DNA of 64,000 nt from an uncultured Rivularia sp. (GTDB lineage Bacteria > Cyanobacteriota > Cyanobacteriia > Cyanobacteriales > Nostocaceae): assembly GCA_963665115.1 (NCBI GenBank), contig OY762007.1, forward strand, positions 1,984,001-2,048,000, written 5' to 3'. Within the stretch, counting starts at the first letter, position 1. Each line of letters opens with the position of its first letter. This document shows, piece after piece, positions 1-9,760 of the stretch. Below the pieces are notes generated by a model. The model saw only the letters and a list, made by a program, of their open reading frames with translations, was not told the origin of the DNA and did no database searches. The position numbers and the translations under genes were made by a program.

Positions 1-162
1 TTCACCCGTACCGCAACCTAATTCCAAAATACGACGAGAGGTAGAAGGAATGCAGCGAGCAACAGCTTCTAGCATTTCGTCATATCCCGGCGTTAGTTGC
101 CGCATACCAGCATCAAAATCTATAGTTTGAGCGAAAACTTCACCCGGAAATACTTGTAGCAT
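1..162 (-). CDS. Class I SAM-dependent methyltransferase, N-terminal part (runs off window start)
   Basis: Manual translation MLQVFPGEVFAQTIDFDAGMRQLTPGYDEMLEAVARCIPSTSRRILELGCGTGE; ILELGCGTG is SAM-binding motif I. Confidence 0.85.
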   Translation of the reverse strand, partial: MLQVFPGEVFAQTIDFDAGMRQLTPGYDEMLEAVARCIPSTSRRILELGCGTGE

Positions 163-782
163 GGGAATTTGTATCCTGAGAAAGCAGCATCAATATAATC
201 ATGCATCAATTTTTGTCTTCAATGTAATATTTTTACTATCAATAGCAATTAAAGATAATTTTGCAGTCAATAGCGATAGTAACGGCTTTAGCAAACGGTT
301 ATTGTTGTAATTACTCAAATAGAAGTATCGAACAAACCAAGATTCAACGAACAAAAGCATCAAACAGTACACCAAAGCTGCGGAATTTCTTTAACATGGT
401 TATAGACCTCACTAGTTTTGTGTGGTTGTGTGTTGTAAAACTTAGTTGTAATTTGTCGGGGGTTTAAACCCTTGGCATTTTTTTTGCAGAATAAAGCTGA
501 CTCAAAATCCAATTAACCGTATAAAAACTACAAATCAGTCTTTAGTTAGCTTTAAAATTAATCCTTTAGATAGATACTATATTAGCTATTATCTATTCAG
601 CGGATAGATTGCCAAACTATAAAGGCTTAAACTAAAATCTTGATATTCTATGGTGATTATAAGTTTTATAAATACTGATTTTTTAAATTCAAAATTATTA
701 GACTATATTTCTATGATCCGAATTACTTTTGGATAACAAAAAAACCTTCTATTCTTTCGTATAAGTTTTTCTTGGATTATTT

Positions 783-1699
783 ATGGCTTTGATAGAGACA
801 ATAAAAGACAGCATCAAGGAACTAATTGGCAGTGCAGTTAAAATTTTTCCTGCATTATTAACGGCACTAATTATTATATTTTTAACTAGATTTGCCGCCC
901 AATTTGCTCAGAGAATAACTGAAACAATAGCCTATAAAACGGTTAGCAGTAAATCGCTACAGTTTTTGATGGTGAAAGCCGCTTCTACTACTACCTGGAT
1001 TTGTGGAATTCTGCTTGCTTGTGTAATTGCCTTTCCCGGTTTAAGTTTGGGAGATATTATTGCTACTCTCGGACTCAGTTCTGTAGCAATAGGTTTTGCT
1101 TTTCAAGATATTTTCAAAAACTTTTTTGCTGGTATTTTGATACTATTACAGCAACCTTTTCGGATTGGCGATCAAATAGTTGTCAGCGATTACGAAGGTA
1201 CCGTCGATCAAATTGATATTCGCACAACAGAAATTATCACTTATGGTGGGGAACGAGTTGTAATTCCCAATTCAACAGTATTTACAAGCGTAGTTCGAGT
1301 CAGAACAGCATTTGCTCACAGACGTACTGATTTAGCTGTAGGTGTAGATTACAATACTTCTTTATCACAAGCATCTGACATTTTAGAGCAAACAATTTCA
1401 CAAGTCGAAGGAGTTTTAGATAAACCAGAACCAGAAATCGATTTAGTAGGTTTTGGTGATAGTTTTCTATTGATTTTATGATTCGCTATTGGACTTCATC
1501 TCAACAAAAACAAGTCCGTCACGTTCAAACCAGAGCAATATTAAGTATAAAACAAGCTTTTGACAAAGCTGATATCAATATTCCTTACCCAATTCGTACT
1601 TTGTACTACTACAATCAAGACAAATATAACGATTATATGCCCGCTTCAGATGATGGGAAAGCTTCTTCGCAAGCTGACTTCGGCGATAATTTTCAATAA
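783..1699 (+). CDS. Small-conductance mechanosensitive channel (MscS family), split by a frameshift at ~1463-1466
   Basis: ORFs 783..1481 and 1478..1699 join (GDS-SIDFMIRYW) if the T run is corrected; AIGFAFQDIFKNFFAGI, PFRIGD and IPYP motifs. Confidence 0.9.
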
Positions 1700-1738
1700 T
1701 AAAGCGTAATCTAATCTTTTAGAACCTATAACAAACCT

Positions 1739-1769
1739 AAAGCCTGGTAAAGGGGTTTACCAGGCTTTT
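1739..1769 (+). terminator. Intrinsic terminator after the mscS-family gene
   Basis: AAAGCCTGGTAAA-GGGG-TTTACCAGGCTTTT perfect stem plus T tract. Confidence 0.8.
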
Positions 1770-2195
1770 CGATGAAGATTTATTAAGGTCAAATCTTTGC
1801 TTTTAGTCAATGATTTAAAGAATTGAATATTTCAAAAACTAAGGTTTACTCAACTCATAGCAAACAACGCATTTATATATTTTCCTATTTAGGAGCTTGG
1901 CTTACCGAAATTCGGTATATGCCCTTTTTTAATGCCGAAATTTACCTGGGCGTTGACCGGAGACACGTTGTCATTTACCCGACTGAGTTCTTAATGCCTT
2001 GGTAGGTGTCTTACTTATTAAGTTATCACCTCTCAAGAAAATTGAAACCCCTTGTTTACTCAAATTTACGAGTCTTCAAATTTCGCAATATTGTTAGTTG
2101 GGGATGGGGGATGGGGCATTGGGCATTGGAGATTGAGTTATTTCGATCTTAATCTGGGAAAACTATCTGGAGAGGCATTGTTATAAGGCTATTTT

Positions 2196-2735
2196 ATGAA
2201 ACCTTTTTTGAATAAAGGACGATTGATAAGCTGGAAAGATGATAGAGGCTTTGGCTTTATCAAACCGGATAATGGGGGTAAAGAAATTTTTTTGCATATC
2301 AGTGCGCTGAAAAAAGCAAGTCGTCGTCCAAAAGTCGGAGATACAATTTTGTACGAGCGAGTTACTCAATCAAAGGGGAAGGTAAGCATTGCTAGAGCTT
2401 CAATTCAAGGTGTTGCACCTCGACGCAAACCAACAAAACGGGGGGATCTATCTAAAATTATTATTCCTATTTTTCGTATTGCCATCGCGACTGCGATAGT
2501 GATTCCTACAATAATGGAATTTAATCGTAACCAAGCTCCCTCACCAATTACATCGATCGCAAAACCAGGATGTACTATCAAAGGCAACATCTCGATTAAT
2601 ACGGGAAACAAAATTTATCACCTTGCGGGTATGGAAGATTACGAATCAACAGTTATCTCGCCAGCAAAGGGAGAAAGGTGGTTTTGTACAGAATCAGAAG
2701 CGATCGCCAATGGTTGGCGTAAAGCACCAAAGTAG
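2196..2735 (+). CDS. Cold-shock-domain protein with TM helix and C-terminal CxIKGNI...ERWFC domain
   Basis: GRLISWKDDRGFGFI...IFLHISA (CSD RNP1/RNP2); hydrophobic segment; CTIKGNIS-GNKIYH-YEST-GERWFCTESEA-GWR. Confidence 0.8.
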   Translation: MKPFLNKGRLISWKDDRGFGFIKPDNGGKEIFLHISALKKASRRPKVGDTILYERVTQSKGKVSIARASIQGVAPRRKPTKRGDLSKIIIPIFRIAIATAIVIPTIMEFNRNQAPSPITSIAKPGCTIKGNISINTGNKIYHLAGMEDYESTVISPAKGERWFCTESEAIANGWRKAPK

Positions 2736-3232
2736 CCACAGCCAACCAAAACTTATAATTAACTGCTCACTGTTCACTGATTACCAATTCCACATTACAG
2801 GGCTGTCGTCATGATGGCTGGTGACGGTTTTTCCGATCTCGTCTATTTGTTTTAGTTCGTCTTGAGAAAGCTTTACTTCGGCAGCTTTGGCATTTGATAT
2901 AACGTGTTCGGCAATTCGGGCACCTGCGATCGCGTTACTTTGAGGTTGGGCAATTAACCACGCTAATGATAGCTGTGCGAGGCTGCATTGATGCTTTTCA
3001 GCGATTGGGCGGAGTTTATCTAAAGCTTGTTGGGCGCGTTTCATATTTTCTCCTTTAAATAGCTGGTTATCGGCGCGATTATCACCTTCTTGAAATTTAT
3101 GGGAAGCGTCAAATTTTCCAGTTAGTAATCCTTGGGCTAGAGGTGAATAAGCCAGGATAGAAATATTATTTTCAACACAGTAAGGCGCTGCATCATTCTC
3201 GACTTTCCGCCAAAATAAAGAATAAGGTGGTT

Positions 3233-4521
3233 TTGACATACTCCTCAGCCTAAAGGCGTGAGGATTGTGGATTCAATCAGCAATCGCAAAGTCGAAACCT
3301 TGACTAACATCGCCTAGTAGACCAAGAGAAGATGCCCCTTCTCTATAAATATTTACCGCTGCTCCAATATCTCTATGCTGTTCTTTATGACATTGAGAAC
3401 AGCGCCACCATCTATCTTCTAATTTTAAATCTTTATTAACATAACCACAATTATTACAAGTTTTAGAACTAGGATACCATCTTTTTACAAAACCTACATA
3501 CTTTCCTTTTTTAGAAGCCACAAAGTTTAATACTTCTAGAAACGTTGCAAAAGCTAGGTCTGAAACCTTATGACCCCACAACCTTTTCATTCCTTCTATA
3601 TTTAGGTCTTCAAAAAACAAATGGTCACAAGTATTGCATAACTGATGTGCTAATTTCCAAAAGAAATCACGTCTTTTATGAACTATTTTCTCATGCAATT
3701 TAGCTAAATTAACTCTAGCTTTATTCCAGTTTTTAGAACCTTTTTTCTTAGAGGATAGTTTCTTGCTTAAAGCTTTTATTAGCTTGGAAGCTTTACGCAT
3801 TAATAATGGCGCATGATATTCTTGACCCATCGAGTCAGTTAAGAACACCTTCAAACCGAAGTCAAAACCCGCGTTTTTACACGTCGCGATTCCAACTGTT
3901 TCTGGTTTAAAATCAGTTACTACATAAATGTACATATCTCCTGTTGGAGATCGTTTAACTGTTAAAGTCTTAATATGACCTTCAATATCTCTTGATTTAT
4001 GAAACTTATATATGTATTTGCCTATTTTTATTTGATTGGAACCTAAAAACTTGTAGCCTGCTTGCTTAAGAGTGAAAGACTTATACTTTTTAGATTTACA
4101 GAAAGAAGGAGGACGTACACCACGTTTATGATATTTAAAAAATAGCTGATAAGCTTTATCCACTCTGTCACAAATGTTCTGTACCGATTGAGAACCTACT
4201 AATTGCCAATATTCAATTCTGTTTCTTAGTTTGGCAATATGTTTCATAAGTCTAAACTTATTCAAATGTTTTTTGTACATTGAATAATATCTTTTATGAA
4301 TTGCAATACAGTGATTGTAGATAGAAGCTGAGGCATTGATGCTACGCTTTAAATATCTGTTTCTTCTATTCTCGTATAACTTAAATTTATAAGTCTTCAC
4401 AACTTCGACCTAGTTATTACTTTTAATAATGTACCCCAACATTCTTTCGCAGAAATATAAAGTTTCATATATTAAAAATATGCCGTCCTATAAGGACGGG
4501 GCTTTAAACCCAAAATTTTCG
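3233..4521 (-). mobile_element. IS200/IS605-family element, tnpB-only (IS1341-type), 1289 bp
   Basis: Inserted 3' of TTAC (4525..4522); AAAG guide followed by left-end hairpin CCGTCCT-TAT-AGGACGG (4483-4499); right-end hairpin (3243-3263); ends in TCAA; no target duplication. Confidence 0.95.
3273..4400 (-). CDS. tnpB: RNA-guided endonuclease TnpB
   Basis: MKTYKFKLY N-terminus; RuvC-I GFDFGLK, RuvC-II FFEDLNIEGM, PSSKTCNNCG...CSQC zinc ribbon, RuvC-III HRDIGAAVNI. Confidence 0.95.
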   Translation of the reverse strand: MKTYKFKLYENRRNRYLKRSINASASIYNHCIAIHKRYYSMYKKHLNKFRLMKHIAKLRNRIEYWQLVGSQSVQNICDRVDKAYQLFFKYHKRGVRPPSFCKSKKYKSFTLKQAGYKFLGSNQIKIGKYIYKFHKSRDIEGHIKTLTVKRSPTGDMYIYVVTDFKPETVGIATCKNAGFDFGLKVFLTDSMGQEYHAPLLMRKASKLIKALSKKLSSKKKGSKNWNKARVNLAKLHEKIVHKRRDFFWKLAHQLCNTCDHLFFEDLNIEGMKRLWGHKVSDLAFATFLEVLNFVASKKGKYVGFVKRWYPSSKTCNNCGYVNKDLKLEDRWWRCSQCHKEQHRDIGAAVNIYREGASSLGLLGDVSQGFDFAIAD

Positions 4522-5087
4522 GTAAACTATCTATTCTGCCGTATTTTGCAGCTTCTTCTAATTGATTCCGCGAAAAATTTGATACACCGATGGCTCGGAT
4601 TTTACCTTGTTCCTTCAAATAGTTGAGGGCGTTCATTGTCTCTTCTATAGGAACAATTTCACTATTCAAAGAACCACTAGGCCAATGAATTTGGTATAAA
4701 TCGATATAGTCAGTTTTGAGATGTTTTAAAGAACGCTCGCAAGCTTCGATTACCTGTTGATATTTAAGATGATTGAGGAAAACCTTCGTAGCATATTCAA
4801 CTTTATCTCTAACATCTGATAGTGCTTCAGCAACAATTTTTTCTGAATGCCCGTTACCGTAGACTTCGGCAGTATCGATAGTAGTGATACCATTATCAAA
4901 AGCGGCTCGTATGGCTTTAACAGAATCAGCATCTTCGATTCCTACCCACCACTTTTTACCCGCTTGCCAAGTTCCCATCAGAATGGGAGTAATTTTAATA
5001 TCGGATTGACCTAAATTGCGTTTTTCCATGATTCTTCCCTGTTTTATCTATAAATAGTTTGACACGGCTTTATAGTTATTTATTTCT

Positions 5088-5696
5088 ATGAAAAAATTGC
5101 AAATGGAAATAACCACAAACCATGCACTCAAAGAATGGGCGATCGCCATTAATGCTTTAGAAACCGGAAAAACGATAATGCTGTTGCGTAAGGGTGGTAT
5201 TCACGAAAAAGGAGGAAGCTTTCGAGTTGCTCATAATCAGGTTTTACTTTACCCAACCTACGAGCATCAAAAAACTTTCATGCTCAAAGCCGATTACTCA
5301 AATCAAGTTGTTCCAATAACACCCGGTTGGCGACCTCAAAGCGTTAATATCAATAGTTACGCTCAAATTACTCATATCTTACCCGTCACCGATGAATCAA
5401 TTGTCAACGCTCTATTTCCATTCCATATCTGGAGTAAAAAATTTGTTTGCGATCGTTTTGTGTGGAAACCTCAAGAGCCCTTGTTTGTACTGCTATTACG
5501 GACATACAAACTTCCAGTACAACAAGTTGTAACCTATCATCAACGATATGGTGGATGCAAATCCTGGATTGACTTAAATGAATTAATTTTCCTGGAATCA
5601 GCAAAACCAGCTTTGTCAGAAAGTGTTTATTTGGAACTAACAACTCAAATCTGCGAGATTATTGGCGATTCTTCCTATATTTCCTCGATAAATTAG
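5088..5696 (+). CDS. DUF1802 family protein
   Basis: HALKEWA...LLRKGGIHE...LYPTYEHQ...YGGCKSWI signature. Confidence 0.85.
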   Translation: MKKLQMEITTNHALKEWAIAINALETGKTIMLLRKGGIHEKGGSFRVAHNQVLLYPTYEHQKTFMLKADYSNQVVPITPGWRPQSVNINSYAQITHILPVTDESIVNALFPFHIWSKKFVCDRFVWKPQEPLFVLLLRTYKLPVQQVVTYHQRYGGCKSWIDLNELIFLESAKPALSESVYLELTTQICEIIGDSSYISSIN

Positions 5697-6157
5697 AAGA
5701 ATAAAAAACCAATCTTTATTTCTATATACAAACTCAAATTTTTAATCTTAGCTGTGAAAGCCTTTATTTGTAAGAGTTCTAGAAACTCATACAATGCACT
5801 GAGTTATGAATGTCAAATTATACAATACAAAGGTAGCTAAAGTTACACACGCTTAGCAAAAATACATATAAAATTGAACAAACGCAGACCTTTAAGATTA
5901 GTGTTTGACTTTTGTATTCCACAGACCATTTTGTCTGTGGTTAATTTTTATATAGAGAAGACATATAAAATTTCATCTCTAAAAAAGTATCAACAAACAC
6001 GGTAGATTGTTGCCTACAAATGAAGAATGAAAATTAATTATTCTATATCTATTTGATATTTTATAACTCATTTTTCAAAAACATCCTGAAAGGGTGAGGC
6101 AATGATTGACAATTGTCTGTAATTATGCTTCATATGCAAAAATGCGAAGGAGTTTTT

Positions 6158-6412
6158 ATGAAAAGAATGTGTTGGCTATCTAAGTCTGGTCAAAACGGAG
6201 AGAAGATTTTGCACTTGCAGACAGCACCGAACGAACCCTGGCGACCATACACCGCTTTTCGACAAATCGCAGTACCAGACTACAAAATACCCGGCGGTTC
6301 CAAAGGATGGGCAACCTATCAAAAGCTATTAAAAGCAGGTTGGACATTAGTAGCCAGCGCCCGCGCCAACGAATTTTCACCATCGAACACTTCAGACGCT
6401 TCACGTAAATAA
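6158..6412 (+). CDS. Small conserved cyanobacterial hypothetical protein
   Basis: AGGAG RBS before ATG 6158; PWRPYT...PDY...GSKGWATYQKLLKAGW. Confidence 0.7.
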   Translation: MKRMCWLSKSGQNGEKILHLQTAPNEPWRPYTAFRQIAVPDYKIPGGSKGWATYQKLLKAGWTLVASARANEFSPSNTSDASRK

Positions 6413-6417
6413 AAATA

Positions 6418-6616
6418 GGGGATAGGGCATGGGGAATTGGTAATTGGGCATTAGGAGTAGAGAGTAGTAAGTAGTAAGTAGAGAGTTAATTTAAGATTAA
6501 TTATTCTCCCCCCTCTACCCCCTCTCCCCCCTCTACCCCCTCTCCCCCCTCTCCCCCCTCTGCCCTTGTCCCCTTGTCTCTCCATGCCCAATGTCCAATG
6601 CCCAATTCCCTTCTCC
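6418..6616. repeat. Mixed STRR tandem repeats between convergent genes
   Basis: GGGCAT/GGAATT heptamers, AGTA(A/G) heptamers, CTCTMCCCC 9-mers and inverted ATGCCCA heptamers. Confidence 0.85.
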
Positions 6617-8392
6617 CTAAAATCCCCTGGCTTCACCTTCCCCCCTGGGATCGGCAGCACCTTCAAGAGTGCCATCTGGTTTGACAATAATTAAGTTGGA
6701 GTTGCCCCAAGGGTTGGTTTGCTTGATTTTGTGTCCCCGTCGTTTTAATTCTTGCAAAGTCATTGCATCTAATCCCCAAGGCTCAACGCGCAACGTATCG
6801 GGAAACCATTGATGATGTATGCGGGATGCAGATACTGCTGCTGATGCATCCATGTCATATTCGAGGACGTTAAGAATAATTTGTAGTACTTGGGTGATAA
6901 TGGTGCTACCACCGGGGGTACCGACAGCCATCCGCAACCTGCCGTTTTGGGTGACAATTGTGGGAGTCATGCTCGATAGGGGAGTTTTGAGAGGTGCGAT
7001 AGAATTTGCTTCGTTGCCGAGCAAGCCGAAAGCGTTGGGAACTCCTGGTGCTGCGGAAAAATCATCCATTTCATTATTAAGAACTATTCCCGTTCCCGGC
7101 GTGACTACCCCAGCACCAAAACCTAAGTTAATAGTGAATGTCAAACTCACTGCATTGTGTTGTTCGTCGATAACTGTCAGATGACTGGTTTCTGTAGACT
7201 CATAATATTTTGGATTTTGGATTTGAGATTTTGGATTGCTAGTTGCAGGTATTAAACGAGATGGTGCGTTTACACTAAATTTCTGTAACGTCTCTTTACT
7301 AACTGGCTTTACTTGAGTTGAAGGCTTCGCACGCTGCATATCAATTTGCTGACGGCGAAGTTTTGCATATTCGGGATTTATCAGTTGTTGTTGGGGAACT
7401 TTGACGAAATCAGGATCGCCCAAATATTCTGAGCGATCGGCATAAGCAATTCGCATCGCTTCCGCCATCAAGTGTATTGCGTCTGGGTGATGCCATCCTA
7501 AAGATTTTAAGTGGGTATTGCCGATAATATTTAACATCTGCAATAAATGAATGCCTCCCGATGATGGTGGTGGCATCGAACAAACTTTAGCTTTGCCAAA
7601 ATCACCGCATACTGGCTCGCGCCAAATCGGTTTGTAAGATTTCAAGTCTTCTAAAGTAATTAAGCCGTTATTTTTTGCCATATCATTGGCGATCGCACTA
7701 GCTATTTTGCCCGTATATAAACTTTGAGGATTGGCAGCTATATCTTGTAAAGTCTTTCCCAAATCTCTTTGTACAAGCTTGTCTCCCGGTTGAAAATAGT
7801 TACCGTTGCGAGTAAAGATAGCCCGTGCCTCTTGGTTGCTAGCAATCATTTTCTTGCGTCTTTTGACAGCTTGCACAAACTTGTCACTGACTAGAAAACC
7901 ATTCTTTGCCAATTTAATTGAAGGTTGAACAACTGTTTTCCAAGGTAACTTACCGCTTCGGCGGTGAACCTCATACATACCCGCCACAGTTCCCGGCGTA
8001 CCCACAGCCAAATAGCCATTTATACTTGCATTACGACGAACTTTACCGTCATCATCCAAATACATATTTTTCGTTGCTTTTAACGGAGCGCGTTCGCGAA
8101 AATCCAAAGCCTTAATTTTACGGTTTCTTGAGTCATGCATCAACAAAAAACCGCCACCACCAATTCCTGCCGAAAAAGGTTCCACCACCGAAATTGCAAA
8201 AGTCGTCGCTACGGCAGCATCAATAGCATTACCTCCTTTTTTTAACATTTCTAACCCTGCATCGCTAGCTAAAGGATGGGCTGAAACTACTATTGCTCTT
8301 TTTCCACGCAAAGGTTGCCTAAAAGCGGCACTAGCAATTTGAGTGTAAAAAACAACGCTTAATAAAATGATTGAGCGAGATAAAATACGCAT
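6617..8392 (-). CDS. ggt: Gamma-glutamyltransferase
   Basis: GGNAIDAAVA, GIGGGGF, DFRERAP, ETSH (catalytic Thr), NNEMDDF, PLSSMTP, GTPGGSTI, GAADPR; N-terminal signal peptide. Confidence 0.97.
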   Translation of the reverse strand: MRILSRSIILLSVVFYTQIASAAFRQPLRGKRAIVVSAHPLASDAGLEMLKKGGNAIDAAVATTFAISVVEPFSAGIGGGGFLLMHDSRNRKIKALDFRERAPLKATKNMYLDDDGKVRRNASINGYLAVGTPGTVAGMYEVHRRSGKLPWKTVVQPSIKLAKNGFLVSDKFVQAVKRRKKMIASNQEARAIFTRNGNYFQPGDKLVQRDLGKTLQDIAANPQSLYTGKIASAIANDMAKNNGLITLEDLKSYKPIWREPVCGDFGKAKVCSMPPPSSGGIHLLQMLNIIGNTHLKSLGWHHPDAIHLMAEAMRIAYADRSEYLGDPDFVKVPQQQLINPEYAKLRRQQIDMQRAKPSTQVKPVSKETLQKFSVNAPSRLIPATSNPKSQIQNPKYYESTETSHLTVIDEQHNAVSLTFTINLGFGAGVVTPGTGIVLNNEMDDFSAAPGVPNAFGLLGNEANSIAPLKTPLSSMTPTIVTQNGRLRMAVGTPGGSTIITQVLQIILNVLEYDMDASAAVSASRIHHQWFPDTLRVEPWGLDAMTLQELKRRGHKIKQTNPWGNSNLIIVKPDGTLEGAADPRGEGEARGF

Positions 8393-8670
8393 ATGTTTTT
8401 GTTATAAAATAGGTAAGAAAACTTATATCATGAAGCAAGCACGTTTGTATTTTAAGATTTGTAGTTATAGATGAAAAGTTAAAACAATTCAAAATTATCA
8501 ATTAAAAATTCAAAAATTACCATTACTTGAAGTCTAAGGCTTGAAGCGGCATAATAATTCTTTTATCTTTTTCTCCTTAAAAGGAGAGGTTTGTATCCCT
8601 AATTCAAAATTAAAATAGAGTTTATTTTTTATTTTGCACTTTGCATTTTGAATTCAAAAAAAAAGGTTAA

Positions 8671-8970
8671 TCGGCAGAATCGCAGTTTGTCAGACAACTC
8701 GATCGATTAGAAATGGCTTTACAAGCTAGCGTTTACGAGCACCAAGGCAATCAAGATTTATCGATATTTTTTGCTTCTGCGAATCGTAGTTTATCTTCGG
8801 TAGAATTGAAACTTATACAGCATATTTCATCTCTGTAAGGTACATTCGGACGGGCAGGGATGCCCATCCCACAAGAGTTTTGTAATATGAGGCTGTACCT
8901 CACTTATTTGCAAAGTGCTGTATTAAGTAAATTGGAAGAATTGAGGGATAATCCAAAGTCTAAAATCTAA
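8671..8970 (+). pseudogene. C-terminal remnant of an HD-domain hydrolase, interrupted by a MITE
   Basis: Manual translation SAESQFVRQLDRLEMALQASVYEHQ...ELKLI|LSKLEELR; frame restored when MITE 8818-8922 is removed. Confidence 0.55.
8816..8922. mobile_element. TA-flanked MITE (IS630/Tc1-like ends)
   Basis: TA-CAGCATATTTCATCTCTGTAAGGTACA ... TGTACCTCACTTATTTGCAAAGTGCTG-TA imperfect TIRs; internal palindrome GGGCAGGGATGCCC. Confidence 0.8.
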
Positions 8971-8979
8971 GATTGAGTT

Positions 8980-9100
8980 GACGTTGCAGATTTACGTATC
9001 GCAGAGCAGTTATTAGAAAAAGGAATTTCTAAATCTAATATTGTATTAGGATTTCATTCACCCATCAAAAGACCCGATACGGGTTTTGCTCTATTTTAAT
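8980..9100 (+). pseudogene. XisI-family C-terminal fragment
   Basis: Manual translation ..RIAEQLLEKGISKSNIVLGFHSPIKRPDTGFALF* resembles the XisI C-terminus; no N-terminal half. Confidence 0.65.
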
Positions 9101-9123
9101 TAATACGATTTACGGTTAATTAC

Positions 9124-9150
9124 CAACCCCCAATCATTTAGGGGGTTTTT
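9124..9150. terminator. Hairpin, probable terminator between convergent units
   Basis: AACCCCC-AATCATTTA-GGGGGTTTTT. Confidence 0.6.
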
Positions 9151-9158
9151 GACAATAG

Positions 9159-9350
9159 CTAATAATGAACACCCTTATAAGAACTACGACGACCGCTACC
9201 ACGATGGTCTTTTTGCCTCCTTGGATAGTTTTTTTGTGTTTGCTTGTAAGTATCCAACTTATTCTTTGATTGAAATATAGAATTTTGGTTAAACGAAGGT
9301 GACGCTACTGAAATCAATAGCGGCAAAACCAAGTATAAAATTTTCATCAC
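9159..9350 (-). CDS. patX: PatX-like heterocyst-inhibiting signal peptide precursor
   Basis: 63 aa; hydrophobic N-terminal signal (KILYLVLPLLISVAS) and C-terminal DHRGSGRR containing the PatS/HetN/PatX pentapeptide RGSGR. Confidence 0.7.
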   Translation of the reverse strand: MMKILYLVLPLLISVASPSFNQNSIFQSKNKLDTYKQTQKNYPRRQKDHRGSGRRSSYKGVHY

Positions 9351-9574
9351 CTTTGAGTTTAGTTAGGGGGAATTTGCTATTAACTCAAAAACCTACATCC
9401 CTTTCCATCTCAATTACAAGTCAAATAGAATACATAGTATTTTTAGTTACTGAGAACAAATAACTTTTTCATAGATTTTATGTTTTCGATAAGAGTTAAA
9501 TGTGAATAAAAATATATAGTGAATTTTGGTTGAGCCGAGCAAGGAGTAGGAAGTAGAGAGAAAAGGATATAGGA

Positions 9575-9702
9575 TAAGCTGTTACGCACTTAATTTGTAT
9601 AATACCCTTCGTGCAAGATGCTCGCACTACAATACTTTCACTTTTATGTCCTTCGGACACGCTGCGCTAATGCATTATATAATTTAGCTGCACATCAGCT
9701 TA
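9575..9702. mobile_element. TA-flanked MITE
   Basis: TA-AGCTGTTACGCACTTAATTTGTATAA ... TTATATAATTTAGCTGCACATCAGCT-TA imperfect TIRs. Confidence 0.75.
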
Positions 9703-9760
9703 GAAGTCTTTGCACAAATACTCCAATAATAAGTAACTATCCAACCATAACTTCTAACTC

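Larger units (their letters stand above)
2781..5029 (-). pseudogene. Aldo/keto reductase interrupted by an IS605-family element (halves 4522..5029 and 2781..3232)
   Basis: Removing 3233..4521 fuses ...GAT AGT TTA C|AA CCA CCT TAT... = GRIDSLQPPYSLFWR; DTAEVYG, IDLYQIHWP, IGVSNF, AYSPLAQGLL motifs. Confidence 0.95.

Noticed and set aside
3233..4521. IStron (group I intron plus TnpB) that would splice out of the reductase mRNA
   Set aside because: Only ~120 nt lie between the left end and the tnpB start, too short for a group I core, and the element ends in TCAA rather than a terminal G.
6451..6687. ORF with RGG repeats
   Set aside because: Translation of STRR 9-mers overlapping the ggt 3' end.
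8980..9100. Heterocyst excision element (fdxN-type) signalled by xisI
   Set aside because: Only a C-terminal fragment; no xisH, recombinase or interrupted target gene.
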